Source: Alistipes sp.
GTDB taxonomy: Bacteria; Bacteroidota; Bacteroidia; Bacteroidales; Rikenellaceae
Reading direction: 5' to 3'
Assembly: GCA_045657045.1 (NCBI GenBank)
Contig: JAZOSJ010000088.1
Coordinates: 1-58,430, forward strand
DNA length: 58,430 nucleotides
Positions 38,567-47,133 of this stretch are shown here, one piece after another. Each line of letters starts with the position of its first letter. Position 1 is the first letter of the stretch. The notes below the pieces were generated by a model. That model worked only from the letters and a program-made list of their open reading frames with translations. It did no database searches and had not been told where the DNA came from. A program made the position numbers and the translations under genes.

Positions 38567-39747
38567 CCCTAATCTGGAAATTGCTACGTAAGCACATTAG
38601 TCTCTTTGAGCTAATGATATTCTTCGTTGTCAACCTTATAGGTATGACCGTTATCATTGGCGGAGTGCAGCTATATAGCGATGTGAAGCCTGTGATGTCG
38701 GGCGAAAGTAGACTTATTGGCAGCGACTATTTGGTTGTTACTCGCCCTGTTGAGCGTGTTGGTAGTGGCGGCAAGCGCTTCTCTGCGGATGATATTGCCG
38801 AGCTTCGAGCGCAGGAGTTTATTAGCAGCGTAGGGGCATTCACTTCGTCTCAGTATGAGGTCTACGGCTCGATATTGTTTGGTGGCAGAAAGCTCTCGAC
38901 GATGCTCTTCTTCGAGTCTGTGCCAGATGATTTTATCGATATTTTACCAAAGGAATGGAGGTATAGCAGTGGCGATATGATGATTCCTATCATTCTGCCA
39001 CGCAACTACTTAAACCTATACAACTTTGGTTTTAGTTCAACTCAGCAACTGCCACAAATTACCGAGGATGTCATCAAGCGCGTGGAGCTCGGCATCAGCC
39101 TTAGAGGTAATGGCATAATCGAGGAGTACACAGCTCGCGTGGTTGGCTTCTCAGATCGCATAAATACCATCCTTGTACCCGAACAGTTTATGGCGTGGGC
39201 AAATGGTCGCTATGGCGATGGTGGGAATGAGGAGTCCACACGCCTAATTATCGAGGTAGACAACCCTGCCGACCCGGAGCTAACGGCCTATATAGAGGCT
39301 AATGGCTATGAGATTGAGAATAAACCTGCGGAGAGTAGCAAGGCGATGTATATACTTAAAGTATGCATTGTGATAATAGTATGTATTGGTGTGGTATTTA
39401 GTTTGTTGTCGTTGATAATATTGACATTGAGCATCTACCTGCTTTTACAGAAGAATATCTCGAAACTCGAAAACTTGGTGCTTATAGGCTACACCCCAGC
39501 GCGCGTAGCACTACCCTACAATCTGCTTACGCTCGCGCTTAACCTCTCGATTTGGGCGATTAGCTCGATGGTCGTTGTCTTTGCGCAGCGACTCTATATT
39601 GGTTATATCTCGCAGATGGCAGGTTGTGAGCTAAGCACATCGCCTATGGTTGCTATTGGTGTTGGCGGTCTGTTTACAGCGCTTATAATCGCCTTTAACT
39701 TCTTTATTATCAATCGTAAAATCCGAGAAATATCTCGCAAACGATGA
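38551..39747 (+). CDS. ABC transporter permease (FtsX/MacB-like)
   Basis: One N-terminal TM, large periplasmic region (IPIILPRNYLNLYNFGF), three C-terminal TM helices. Confidence 0.8.
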   Translation: MPKSIALIWKLLRKHISLFELMIFFVVNLIGMTVIIGGVQLYSDVKPVMSGESRLIGSDYLVVTRPVERVGSGGKRFSADDIAELRAQEFISSVGAFTSSQYEVYGSILFGGRKLSTMLFFESVPDDFIDILPKEWRYSSGDMMIPIILPRNYLNLYNFGFSSTQQLPQITEDVIKRVELGISLRGNGIIEEYTARVVGFSDRINTILVPEQFMAWANGRYGDGGNEESTRLIIEVDNPADPELTAYIEANGYEIENKPAESSKAMYILKVCIVIIVCIGVVFSLLSLIILTLSIYLLLQKNISKLENLVLIGYTPARVALPYNLLTLALNLSIWAISSMVVVFAQRLYIGYISQMAGCELSTSPMVAIGVGGLFTALIIAFNFFIINRKIREISRKR

Positions 39748-40253
39748 TTCGCAGGGCAACAACGGAGGATACCGCAGAGATTATGAGTATTGTCGCTGAT
39801 GCTCAGCTCTCGTTGCGCGAGTTGGGCATCGACCAATGGCAGGATGGCTACCCTTCGAATGAGGTTATCGCGGAAGATATAGCCTCAGGGGTGGGATATG
39901 TGTACTCTATTGATAGTAAGGTTGTTGGCTATGCGGCAATTCTTTTTACGGGTGAGGAGACATACTCTCAAATCCCAGATAGTGGGTGGAACACCACTAA
40001 TAATTATGTCGTGGTACATCGCCTCTGTGTAAGAAATGGTTATACCAAGGCTGGTGTTGCAATGGCGCTAATGGCTTACGCCTCGCAGATGGCAATTGAG
40101 AGGGGTTATACTGGTTTTCGCATTGATACACACCGAGGTAATATTCGAATGTTGTCAATGCTCGAAAAACTCGGCTTTAAGTATGTAGGCGTTATCTATT
40201 ACGATAGTGGTGAGCGCTTGGCGTATGACCTTAATTTGTGCGTTAGTTTATAG
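39744..40253 (+). CDS. GNAT N-acetyltransferase
   Basis: GIDQWQDGYP, VVHRLCV, RIDTHRGNIRMLSMLEKLGF. Confidence 0.88.
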   Translation: MIRRATTEDTAEIMSIVADAQLSLRELGIDQWQDGYPSNEVIAEDIASGVGYVYSIDSKVVGYAAILFTGEETYSQIPDSGWNTTNNYVVVHRLCVRNGYTKAGVAMALMAYASQMAIERGYTGFRIDTHRGNIRMLSMLEKLGFKYVGVIYYDSGERLAYDLNLCVSL

Positions 40254-40270
40254 TTGTAAAAAGTTGTAGT

Positions 40271-42139
40271 ATGGCAAGTTATCTACAAGTAGAGAATATA
40301 TCAAAGTCGTATGGTGACCGTACGCTATTTTCGAATATTAGCTTCAATATCAACGAGGGTGATAAGATTGCCCTTGTGGCTCCGAATGGTACGGGCAAGT
40401 CGTCGCTACTAAAGATTTTGGCGGGTGTGGAGAACTCGGACAGAGGTGGCGAGGTGAAGTTTATGAAGGATATCAAGGTTGCCTTCTTGGACCAGGATAG
40501 CAACTTTGACCCTAAACGTACCATATTCGACGAGGTCTATGCGCGTATGGGCGACCTCTCGCCAGCATTGAAGGAGTATGAGCATGCTGTGGAGTGTGGC
40601 GATGTCAAGCGCTTGGAGAGGGCTATCGCCGAGATGGATAGAACGGATGGCTGGAGCATGGAGCAGAAGATTCGTCAAGTGCTATCGTCGTTGAAGATTG
40701 AGCGCTGGAATCAGCCTATGGGCGAGCTGTCGGGTGGCGAGGCTAAGCGTGTGGCGTTGGCGTGTATGATGTTGCAGGATGCCGAGTTTATCATTATGGA
40801 TGAGCCTACCAACCACCTCGACATCGATATTATCGAGTATTTGGAGGGCTATCTTCAACGCTCGCGTTGCACATTGTTGATGGTTACGCACGACCGCTAC
40901 TTTCTTGATAGAGTGTGCAATACGATTATGGAGATCGACCGTGGCGAATTGTTCGTTTATCGTGGTAACTACACCGAGTATCTCGAAAAGCGCGAGGAGC
41001 GATACCTAAATATGCAGGCGGAGATTGATAAGTCGCGCAACCTCCTACGCCGAGAGTTGGAGTGGATTCGCAGCACACCTCAGGCACGTACAGGCAAGGC
41101 GCGATATCGAGTAAATGCCTTCTACGACCTTAAAGACAGGGCTTCGGTGAGCCTCCGCACGGATAGTGTCGAGATTGATGTTGCGCAGTCGCGCCTTGGT
41201 CGCAAGGTTGTCGATTGTATGGACTTGAATCTCTCGTTTGAGGGTCGCAAGATGTTGGATAACTTCTCATATAAGTTTACGCGCGGTGAGCGTGTCGGCA
41301 TCGTGGGTCGCAATGGCGTGGGTAAGACCACCTTTATCAACCTTATGGCGGGCAAACTGCAACCAGATAGTGGCGTTATAGAGCATGGCGAGACCCTACG
41401 TATTGGCTACTACACACAGAAGGGCATTAACTTTAAGCCTGGTCAGACCGTCTTGGAGTGCGTGCAGGATGTTGCGGACGTGGTTAAGGCATCAGATGGT
41501 CACGCTATCTCGACAACGACATACCTAAATCGTTTTCTCTTTCCACACGAGACCTTTAATAAGCGCGTAGATATCCTTAGCGGTGGCGAGAAGCGACGCC
41601 TCTATTTATTGATTGTGCTGATGCAGAATCCAAACCTCCTAATCTTGGATGAGCCTACTAACGACCTCGATATTATGACACTCAATGTGTTGGAGGAGTA
41701 CCTCACTGAATTTAAGGGGTCGCTGCTTATCGTCTCGCACGATAGATACTTCTTGGATAAGTGTGTCGACCATATCTTTGTCTTTGAGGGCGAGGGTCGT
41801 ATCAAGGACTTTGTGGGTCGTTATAGCGAGTACCGCGAATATATCAAGGAGAAGGAGGCAGAGGAGCGTAGCGAACAGCGCAACACTGCACCACAAAAGC
41901 CTCAGCAGCAACGCACACACGACACCTCTAAGCGCAAACTCTCCTTTAAGGAGCAAAAGGAGTTGGAGCAGTTGGAACTCGACCTTGCCACTCTTGGCGA
42001 GGAGCGCGCAACCCTCGAAAACGAGATTTCATCTGGCACACTACCCTACGAGCGCCTTTCGGAGGTATCGAAACGCATCGAGGAGCTAATCGCCCTAATC
42101 GATGAAAAGGAGATGCGCTGGCTGGAACTAAACGAGTAG
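40271..42139 (+). CDS. ABC-F family ATPase (Uup-like)
   Basis: Two ABC domains (NGTGKSS/LSGGE/DEPTNHLD; GRNGVGKTT/LSGGE/DEPTNDLD), no TM, C-terminal KLSFKEQKE...RWLEL coiled coil. Confidence 0.93.
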   Translation: MASYLQVENISKSYGDRTLFSNISFNINEGDKIALVAPNGTGKSSLLKILAGVENSDRGGEVKFMKDIKVAFLDQDSNFDPKRTIFDEVYARMGDLSPALKEYEHAVECGDVKRLERAIAEMDRTDGWSMEQKIRQVLSSLKIERWNQPMGELSGGEAKRVALACMMLQDAEFIIMDEPTNHLDIDIIEYLEGYLQRSRCTLLMVTHDRYFLDRVCNTIMEIDRGELFVYRGNYTEYLEKREERYLNMQAEIDKSRNLLRRELEWIRSTPQARTGKARYRVNAFYDLKDRASVSLRTDSVEIDVAQSRLGRKVVDCMDLNLSFEGRKMLDNFSYKFTRGERVGIVGRNGVGKTTFINLMAGKLQPDSGVIEHGETLRIGYYTQKGINFKPGQTVLECVQDVADVVKASDGHAISTTTYLNRFLFPHETFNKRVDILSGGEKRRLYLLIVLMQNPNLLILDEPTNDLDIMTLNVLEEYLTEFKGSLLIVSHDRYFLDKCVDHIFVFEGEGRIKDFVGRYSEYREYIKEKEAEERSEQRNTAPQKPQQQRTHDTSKRKLSFKEQKELEQLELDLATLGEERATLENEISSGTLPYERLSEVSKRIEELIALIDEKEMRWLELNE

Positions 42140-42149
42140 AAAATCTAAA

Positions 42150-42185
42150 AGAGAGGCTGACTAAATCGATTTAGTCAGCCTCTCT
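42150..42185. terminator. Perfect 36-bp palindrome between convergent genes (bidirectional terminator-like)
   Basis: agagaggctgactaaatc|gatttagtcagcctctct. Confidence 0.75.
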
Positions 42186-42204
42186 AATAATGTTTATCAG
42201 TCTA

Positions 42205-45200
42205 TTACTGATTCTTTGGTATGATTAGATAGCCACGGTCTGTACCACTGTGCTCTGAATAATCTTTTTTGTAGATTACGGTGATACGATGCTTTCCACC
42301 ATCAATACCCGTGTAGGTCACCTTTGTATAGTTAGAGATAGCTGTTCCCGAATTTTGCTTTCCAGATGTACTCATCTTCTGCGTTGTGCTATCCAATTCA
42401 CTAACGGTTACATAGTCGTATGTACTCTCTGCATTACTACGAACATAGATGCTAAACTCCGTATAACCCTCGATGTCGATATACATTGTAGCCACGCCAT
42501 CATTCACATTGTAGTTGCTATAGCTCTCGTAAACACCATCATACAATGATGAATCAGGGTTTGATACCGATGTTGACTGTCGCCAAGCGTTGTTTAGAAC
42601 TACGGTGTAGCTGCCACCCGTCACCTCTGGGGTAACAACTTCACCCTTCTCGAAGTCGTAGCTAACAATCGCATCGGCATAACTACTCCAATAACTTGCA
42701 CTCTTATACGCCTCTACCGACTCCATAGGTACATAAATCTTACGACCTGAGGCGTTGTAAGAGAACATAGATGAGCGTCCAGCAGGCGGTGTTATAGCCT
42801 TGCAATATACACTTGTAAGGCTGCTGCAACCAAGGAATGCACCATATCCAATCTTAGTTACGCTATCAGGAATAGTTACACTTGTAAGGCTGCTACAATC
42901 AGCGAATGCACCTTCTCCAATTGTAGTTACGCTATCGCCAATAGTGACACTTGTTAGGCTGCTACAACCTTCGAATGCATAATATCCAATCTCCGTTACG
43001 CTATCAGGAATAGTTACACTTGTAAGGCTGGTGCAATTTTCGAATGCATACCATCCAATCTCCGTTACGCTATCAGGAATAGTTACACTTGTAAGGCTCT
43101 CGCAACCATCGAATGCACTACCTCCAATCGTAGTTACGCTATCAGGAATAGTTACACTTGTAAGGCTGCTACAATCACGGAATGCACCACCTCCAATCGT
43201 AGTTACGCTATCAGGAATAGTTACACTTGTAAGGCTGCTGCAATCATCGAATGCACCACCTCCAATCATAGTTACGCTATCAGGAATAGTTACACTTGTA
43301 AGGCTGCTGCAATCTTCGAATGCATAATCTCCAATCGTAGTTACACTATCAGGAATAGTTACACTTGTTAGATTACTACAACCACTGAATGCATACGATT
43401 TAATCTCTGCAATATCTGATGGAATAACAAGATCAGTTACCAACTCATTATTAAGATAGAGATTTTTAGCATAGTATAGTGGATTTGCGTCATAACTGCC
43501 AAAGTTTATTCTACACCAAGCAGATAAATCTGTAATGTATACACTTGTTAGGCTACTGCAAAATTCGAATGCAGAATTACCAATTGTAGTTACACTATCT
43601 GGAATTGTTGCACTTGTTAGGCTACTGCAACCAGAGAATGAAGAAACTCCAATTGTAGTTACACTATTACCAATAGTTGCACTTGCTAGGCTACTGCAAC
43701 CTTCAAATGCAGAATCTCCAATTGTAGTTACACTATCTCCAATAGTAACAGATGTAAATTTGCTACCATGAAATGCACCAGATGATTCTGATGATGCAGA
43801 TGGAATATTGCAATTAATTACCAATTCACCAGTACAACCATCGAATGCTTCCACTCCAATTGAAGTAACGCTATCAGGAATGGTTATACTTGTTAGACTA
43901 CTGCAACCTCGGAATGCATAATCTCCAATTGTAGTTACACTGTCTGGAAATGTAATAGTTGCGAGAGTTGTAATATTTTCAAATATACTATTGCCAATCA
44001 GTAGAATCTCATCATCGAAGGTAAGTACACCCTTGCCATCGACATATTTATTTGAGACAAGGATAGCGCCAAATAGTGCTGGTTCAGTGCTATTTGGGAA
44101 GAGTTTCTTATTATCAGTAGTAGTATACCAAATCTCATTATTAGCAACAGTGTTTAATCTTGCAGATTGAGTGATATTGATATCTTGTAGAATATTATCT
44201 CTCTTATCCTTAAGTGTAACAATAGCACTACGCTCCTCTGTGATTTCGTTTTCTGCTATAATTAAGGTTAGTGTCTCCTCGCGTACAGCAGCGCGAGTCT
44301 CTCCAACACTTATCCACGATTTTGCTTCAGCAGGGATAACTACCTTGTATTCCATGTTAGTTGTAACCGCAACTACAACCTCACCACCCTCAAAACCTAC
44401 AATGTACGCATCATCCACATCTGTAATAAATGTGTTCTGCTCATCTGGGTTGGGTGTATATACTACAAACTCAGCCTTAAGTGTCGCCATTGGCTGAATA
44501 GCATTGCGTTCGACAACAACCTCGTTGGTAGTGGTCTTCTCAAATACTTTACCATCCACATCAGTTGCAGTGATGGTCAAACCATTGGTAAATGTTGTTG
44601 CAGGGAGGATCATCCACAGCTCAGTTGCAGTCTCGGCTGTTGTACCAAGTGCTACGCCCTCGCCACAATCGAGTGTTACTGAGGTTATTGCATCGTCTGC
44701 CATAGCCAACACTGGCGCTTCGCCAAAGGCGATGGTTGCTGTTGCTGCGCCAGCAAGTCTCTCGCCACTGTTACCCTTAACCTCGATGCTCTTGATTGTT
44801 GCACCCTCAGCGTTGTAGAGTTTTAGTTTGAGGTAGCCACAGGCATTCTTGAACGCGAGGAATGTATCCTCCAAGTTCTCGGTTACGGCAATCATTGTGT
44901 TTGCGCCACGACCAAAAGAGTTCTCGGCGTAAGTCTGCTCAGCGGGAAGAGTCAATGAGATTACACCCTCGTCTGTGATACGGGCATCTGCGTTATAAGG
45001 ATATAGCGCATAGATGTGGTCAAAGGCGTTGCCTGTGCCAAGCTCACCGCTTGGTACAAGTGAGAATGTTCCGCTATTGTCGCCCGTTGCGCCATTGAAC
45101 TTATACTGGCGATTAAGGGTGTTGCCGTAGAAGGCAGTCAAGCGGTCATCCTCGTGCCAACGAAGATACTTACCATCCTCAATATAAGTACGAGTGTTGT

Positions 45201-45327
45201 CCTCATCGGCAAATGCTGCCGTAAGGTCGGATAGATTTTCATTGTTTGGGCGAGCAATCTCCTCCCCCACAAAGGTCTCGGCACAACTGCATAGCACAAG
45301 GGCTAAAAGTGTTAAAAGTCGTTTCAT
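42205..45327 (-). CDS. Surface lipoprotein: fimbrillin-like N-domain, BACON, BspA-type leucine-rich repeats, C-terminal beta domain (1040 aa)
   Basis: Start revised to MKRLLTLLALVLCSC (lipobox). NTRT, YALYPY...LPAEQTY...FKNACGYLKL (fimbrillin-like); EGGEVVVAVTTN...SWISV...ERSA (BACON); repeats CSSLTSVTIPDSVTTIGxxAF. Confidence 0.88.
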   Translation of the reverse strand: MKRLLTLLALVLCSCAETFVGEEIARPNNENLSDLTAAFADEDNTRTYIEDGKYLRWHEDDRLTAFYGNTLNRQYKFNGATGDNSGTFSLVPSGELGTGNAFDHIYALYPYNADARITDEGVISLTLPAEQTYAENSFGRGANTMIAVTENLEDTFLAFKNACGYLKLKLYNAEGATIKSIEVKGNSGERLAGAATATIAFGEAPVLAMADDAITSVTLDCGEGVALGTTAETATELWMILPATTFTNGLTITATDVDGKVFEKTTTNEVVVERNAIQPMATLKAEFVVYTPNPDEQNTFITDVDDAYIVGFEGGEVVVAVTTNMEYKVVIPAEAKSWISVGETRAAVREETLTLIIAENEITEERSAIVTLKDKRDNILQDINITQSARLNTVANNEIWYTTTDNKKLFPNSTEPALFGAILVSNKYVDGKGVLTFDDEILLIGNSIFENITTLATITFPDSVTTIGDYAFRGCSSLTSITIPDSVTSIGVEAFDGCTGELVINCNIPSASSESSGAFHGSKFTSVTIGDSVTTIGDSAFEGCSSLASATIGNSVTTIGVSSFSGCSSLTSATIPDSVTTIGNSAFEFCSSLTSVYITDLSAWCRINFGSYDANPLYYAKNLYLNNELVTDLVIPSDIAEIKSYAFSGCSNLTSVTIPDSVTTIGDYAFEDCSSLTSVTIPDSVTMIGGGAFDDCSSLTSVTIPDSVTTIGGGAFRDCSSLTSVTIPDSVTTIGGSAFDGCESLTSVTIPDSVTEIGWYAFENCTSLTSVTIPDSVTEIGYYAFEGCSSLTSVTIGDSVTTIGEGAFADCSSLTSVTIPDSVTKIGYGAFLGCSSLTSVYCKAITPPAGRSSMFSYNASGRKIYVPMESVEAYKSASYWSSYADAIVSYDFEKGEVVTPEVTGGSYTVVLNNAWRQSTSVSNPDSSLYDGVYESYSNYNVNDGVATMYIDIEGYTEFSIYVRSNAESTYDYVTVSELDSTTQKMSTSGKQNSGTAISNYTKVTYTGIDGGKHRITVIYKKDYSEHSGTDRGYLIIPKNQ
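42835..43386 (-). repeat. Eight tandem 69-bp LRR-coding repeats
   Basis: Units start at gaatgca every 69 bp from 42835. The 35-mer gttacgctatcaggaatagttacacttgtaaggct is identical in six of eight units. Confidence 0.95.
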
Positions 45328-45346
45328 ATCTGTTTGTGTTATTAGT

Positions 45347-45469
45347 TTACCAATCCATTTCGGGGTTCTCCTCTGGGTCTTCCAAATTAGATAGCGAGAA
45401 GCCGTGTTCCACCTCGATATCCAGCACCTCAAATTCGGGTGCGAGATATTGTTGTTTGGTTTGTGTCAT
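45347..45469 (-). CDS. Unannotated 40-aa acidic peptide MTQTKQQYLAPEFEVLDIEVEHGFSLSNLEDPEENPEMDW
   Basis: Open frame from ATG 45469 (alternative 45475) to TAA 45347, ending 19 bp before the lipoprotein ATG. The YxAPxxEV...ExGF pattern resembles small peptides seen before Bacteroidales fimbrillin-like genes. Confidence 0.7.
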   Translation of the reverse strand: MTQTKQQYLAPEFEVLDIEVEHGFSLSNLEDPEENPEMDW

Positions 45470-45567
45470 AAGCATCTATGTTTTAAGTTAATAATTGCGC
45501 TTAAAACCACCCAACTCCAAAATGGAAATGTATGTAAAAAGAAAGTGTGGAGTTGACTTTCGTTTAT

Positions 45568-45735
45568 TGAATAGAAGGTTGTGGTAAAACCCAAGCAAAA
45601 ATAAACGATACAATGCCCCACACCTGGATAGTATGAGGTATATGTACACAGAATGTGTACAGCCACATAACTATACAAGAAATGAGTGTTGTCCGTTATC
45701 CTTTTGCTTTTGAAAACTACCACATTTTCTATTCA
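45568..45735. other. Long imperfect hairpin (~170 nt) in the leader of the peptide-LRR operon
   Basis: Nested arms tgaatagaa/ttctattca, tgtggta/taccaca, aagcaaaa/ttttgctt, aacg/cgtt, acaatgc/gtgttgt, atagt/actat and gtacaca-gaa-tgtgtac. Confidence 0.7.
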
Positions 45736-45785
45736 GGACTGCGAAAACACTTTCAAATATGTCTGCTATTTATCCAATAGCACTA

Positions 45786-45793
45786 CAAAATTA
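45786..45793 (-). promoter_or_regulatory. -7 box TAATTTTG driving the leader-peptide-LRR transcript
   Basis: TAnnTTTG about 315 bp upstream of the peptide ATG. Confidence 0.55.
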
Positions 45794-45910
45794 AGAAAAT
45801 TTTTCTAAACGAACAACACTCCGTGGGACATTGTTTAGAAATAATACAAAACTTCGCCTCCCGCAAGAATGCGAAAGGCGATTTAATTTGAAGTTGTATA
45901 AATCAACTCC

Positions 45911-46714
45911 TTATGCCTGCAACCACTTGTGTTTTGCTACGCTATAAATAGGTACGAATGGAAGGATTAGTGGAGTCTTCTTAATATATGCCTGGAACTC
46001 TGGGTCGTTGCCGTAGGTCTCGGTCTGGCGAAGCTCCAAGCGACGTGCACCGCTGAACATCACATATACGATACCGATATAGCCGATAATAGCGATAATC
46101 CACTGCCAGAATGTGCAGCAAGCACCAAAGCAGATAAGGAAGCTACCTGTCCACATCAACACCTCGCCAAAGTAGTTTGGACAGCGCACGATGCGATAGA
46201 GACCCGTATCAACAAATCTGCGAGCATTGACCTTCTTGGCGGCACTCTTCTGTGCGTCGGCAACCATCTCGATAATAACACCCACGGTAGCAACAACGGC
46301 ACCTATCCACGCCCATAACTCATTAACAGCAATGCCATTAGTAAGGTTGTAGAGATAGAATGTCGCAGGGGCCATCTGACCAACATATAGCAAAGCGCAC
46401 ATAATCCAAATAGCGAACATTACGAATAGTGGCTTCTTAGTGGTATTCTCAGGTTGATACAAAATCTGCTTATAGGTGGCAGACTTGCGCTCTCGGTGAA
46501 GCAGGTATAGCGCCAAGCGTAGACCATAGACAAATAACACTGCGCAGAGTATTGCCGTAGGTAGGGTCAATGTATTGAAGAAGATAACCGCAGTAGCAGC
46601 AGCAAGAGCTGTGATAGTCAAGCCGTAGCCAATGCTGAAAAAGTAGATAAAATAGAGCCAGCCCACTGCCGATACAGCAAATGAGATACCCAATAGTGCA
46701 AGTAAATAAGTCAT
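45911..46714 (-). CDS. DUF1295 / steroid 5-alpha-reductase-like membrane protein
   Basis: YGLRLALYL, EMVADAQK, TGLYRIVRCPNYFGE; TAACTTTG box at 46747-46754. Confidence 0.88.
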   Translation of the reverse strand: MTYLLALLGISFAVSAVGWLYFIYFFSIGYGLTITALAAATAVIFFNTLTLPTAILCAVLFVYGLRLALYLLHRERKSATYKQILYQPENTTKKPLFVMFAIWIMCALLYVGQMAPATFYLYNLTNGIAVNELWAWIGAVVATVGVIIEMVADAQKSAAKKVNARRFVDTGLYRIVRCPNYFGEVLMWTGSFLICFGACCTFWQWIIAIIGYIGIVYVMFSGARRLELRQTETYGNDPEFQAYIKKTPLILPFVPIYSVAKHKWLQA

Positions 46715-46830
46715 AATATTGAGTTTAATATGTGATTACGTGGTAGCAAAGTTATAAATTATTCTGCCAAATACAATAGCAAATTTGCATAATTGATTGT
46801 AGATAGATATTTTTGTGAAAAAATAGAGCT

Positions 46831-47130
46831 ATGGCTAAGAGTAGAATAGATAGAGAGAAAGAGGTTGTCGGGCGTATGATTGAGCTATACTGCAAAAAAA
46901 GGCTTGGTATGGCGGAGGTGTCTGAGGAGTATAAAGAACTTCAAATTTATGCGTATAAAAGGCTGGATATGTGCAAGTTTGGAAATAACAAGCCTAATTG
47001 TAAGCGATGTCCAATTCACTGCTACAAGCCCCAAATGCGCGAGAAGATACGCGCTATAATGCGCTGGGCAGGACCTCGAATGATGATATACGATCCGATT
47101 GCCGCAATACGACATCTGTTTAACAAGTAA
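46831..47130 (+). CDS. Nitrous-oxide-stimulated promoter (YgbA) family protein
   Basis: REKEVVGRMIELYC, RLDMCKFG..KPNCKRCPIHCYKP.MRE.IR.IMRWAGPRM. Confidence 0.9.
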   Translation: MAKSRIDREKEVVGRMIELYCKKRLGMAEVSEEYKELQIYAYKRLDMCKFGNNKPNCKRCPIHCYKPQMREKIRAIMRWAGPRMMIYDPIAAIRHLFNK

Positions 47131-47133
47131 AAT

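Noticed and set aside
42835-43386. Diversity-generating retroelement target (many variable codons are NNT, derivable from AAT)
   Set aside because: No reverse transcriptase or template repeat in the window. Synonymous adenines in the framework (ACA, GTA) are invariant, contrary to adenine-specific mutagenesis, and NNT codons are common in this genome anyway.
42835-43386. CRISPR array (35-bp constant block at regular spacing)
   Set aside because: The intervening sequences are homologous to each other, the period is 23 codons in an open frame, and there are no cas genes.
45328-45432. 35-aa N-terminal extension of the LRR protein in the ORF track
   Set aside because: A lipoprotein signal begins at ATG 45327, and the upstream stretch encodes the 40-aa peptide in another frame.
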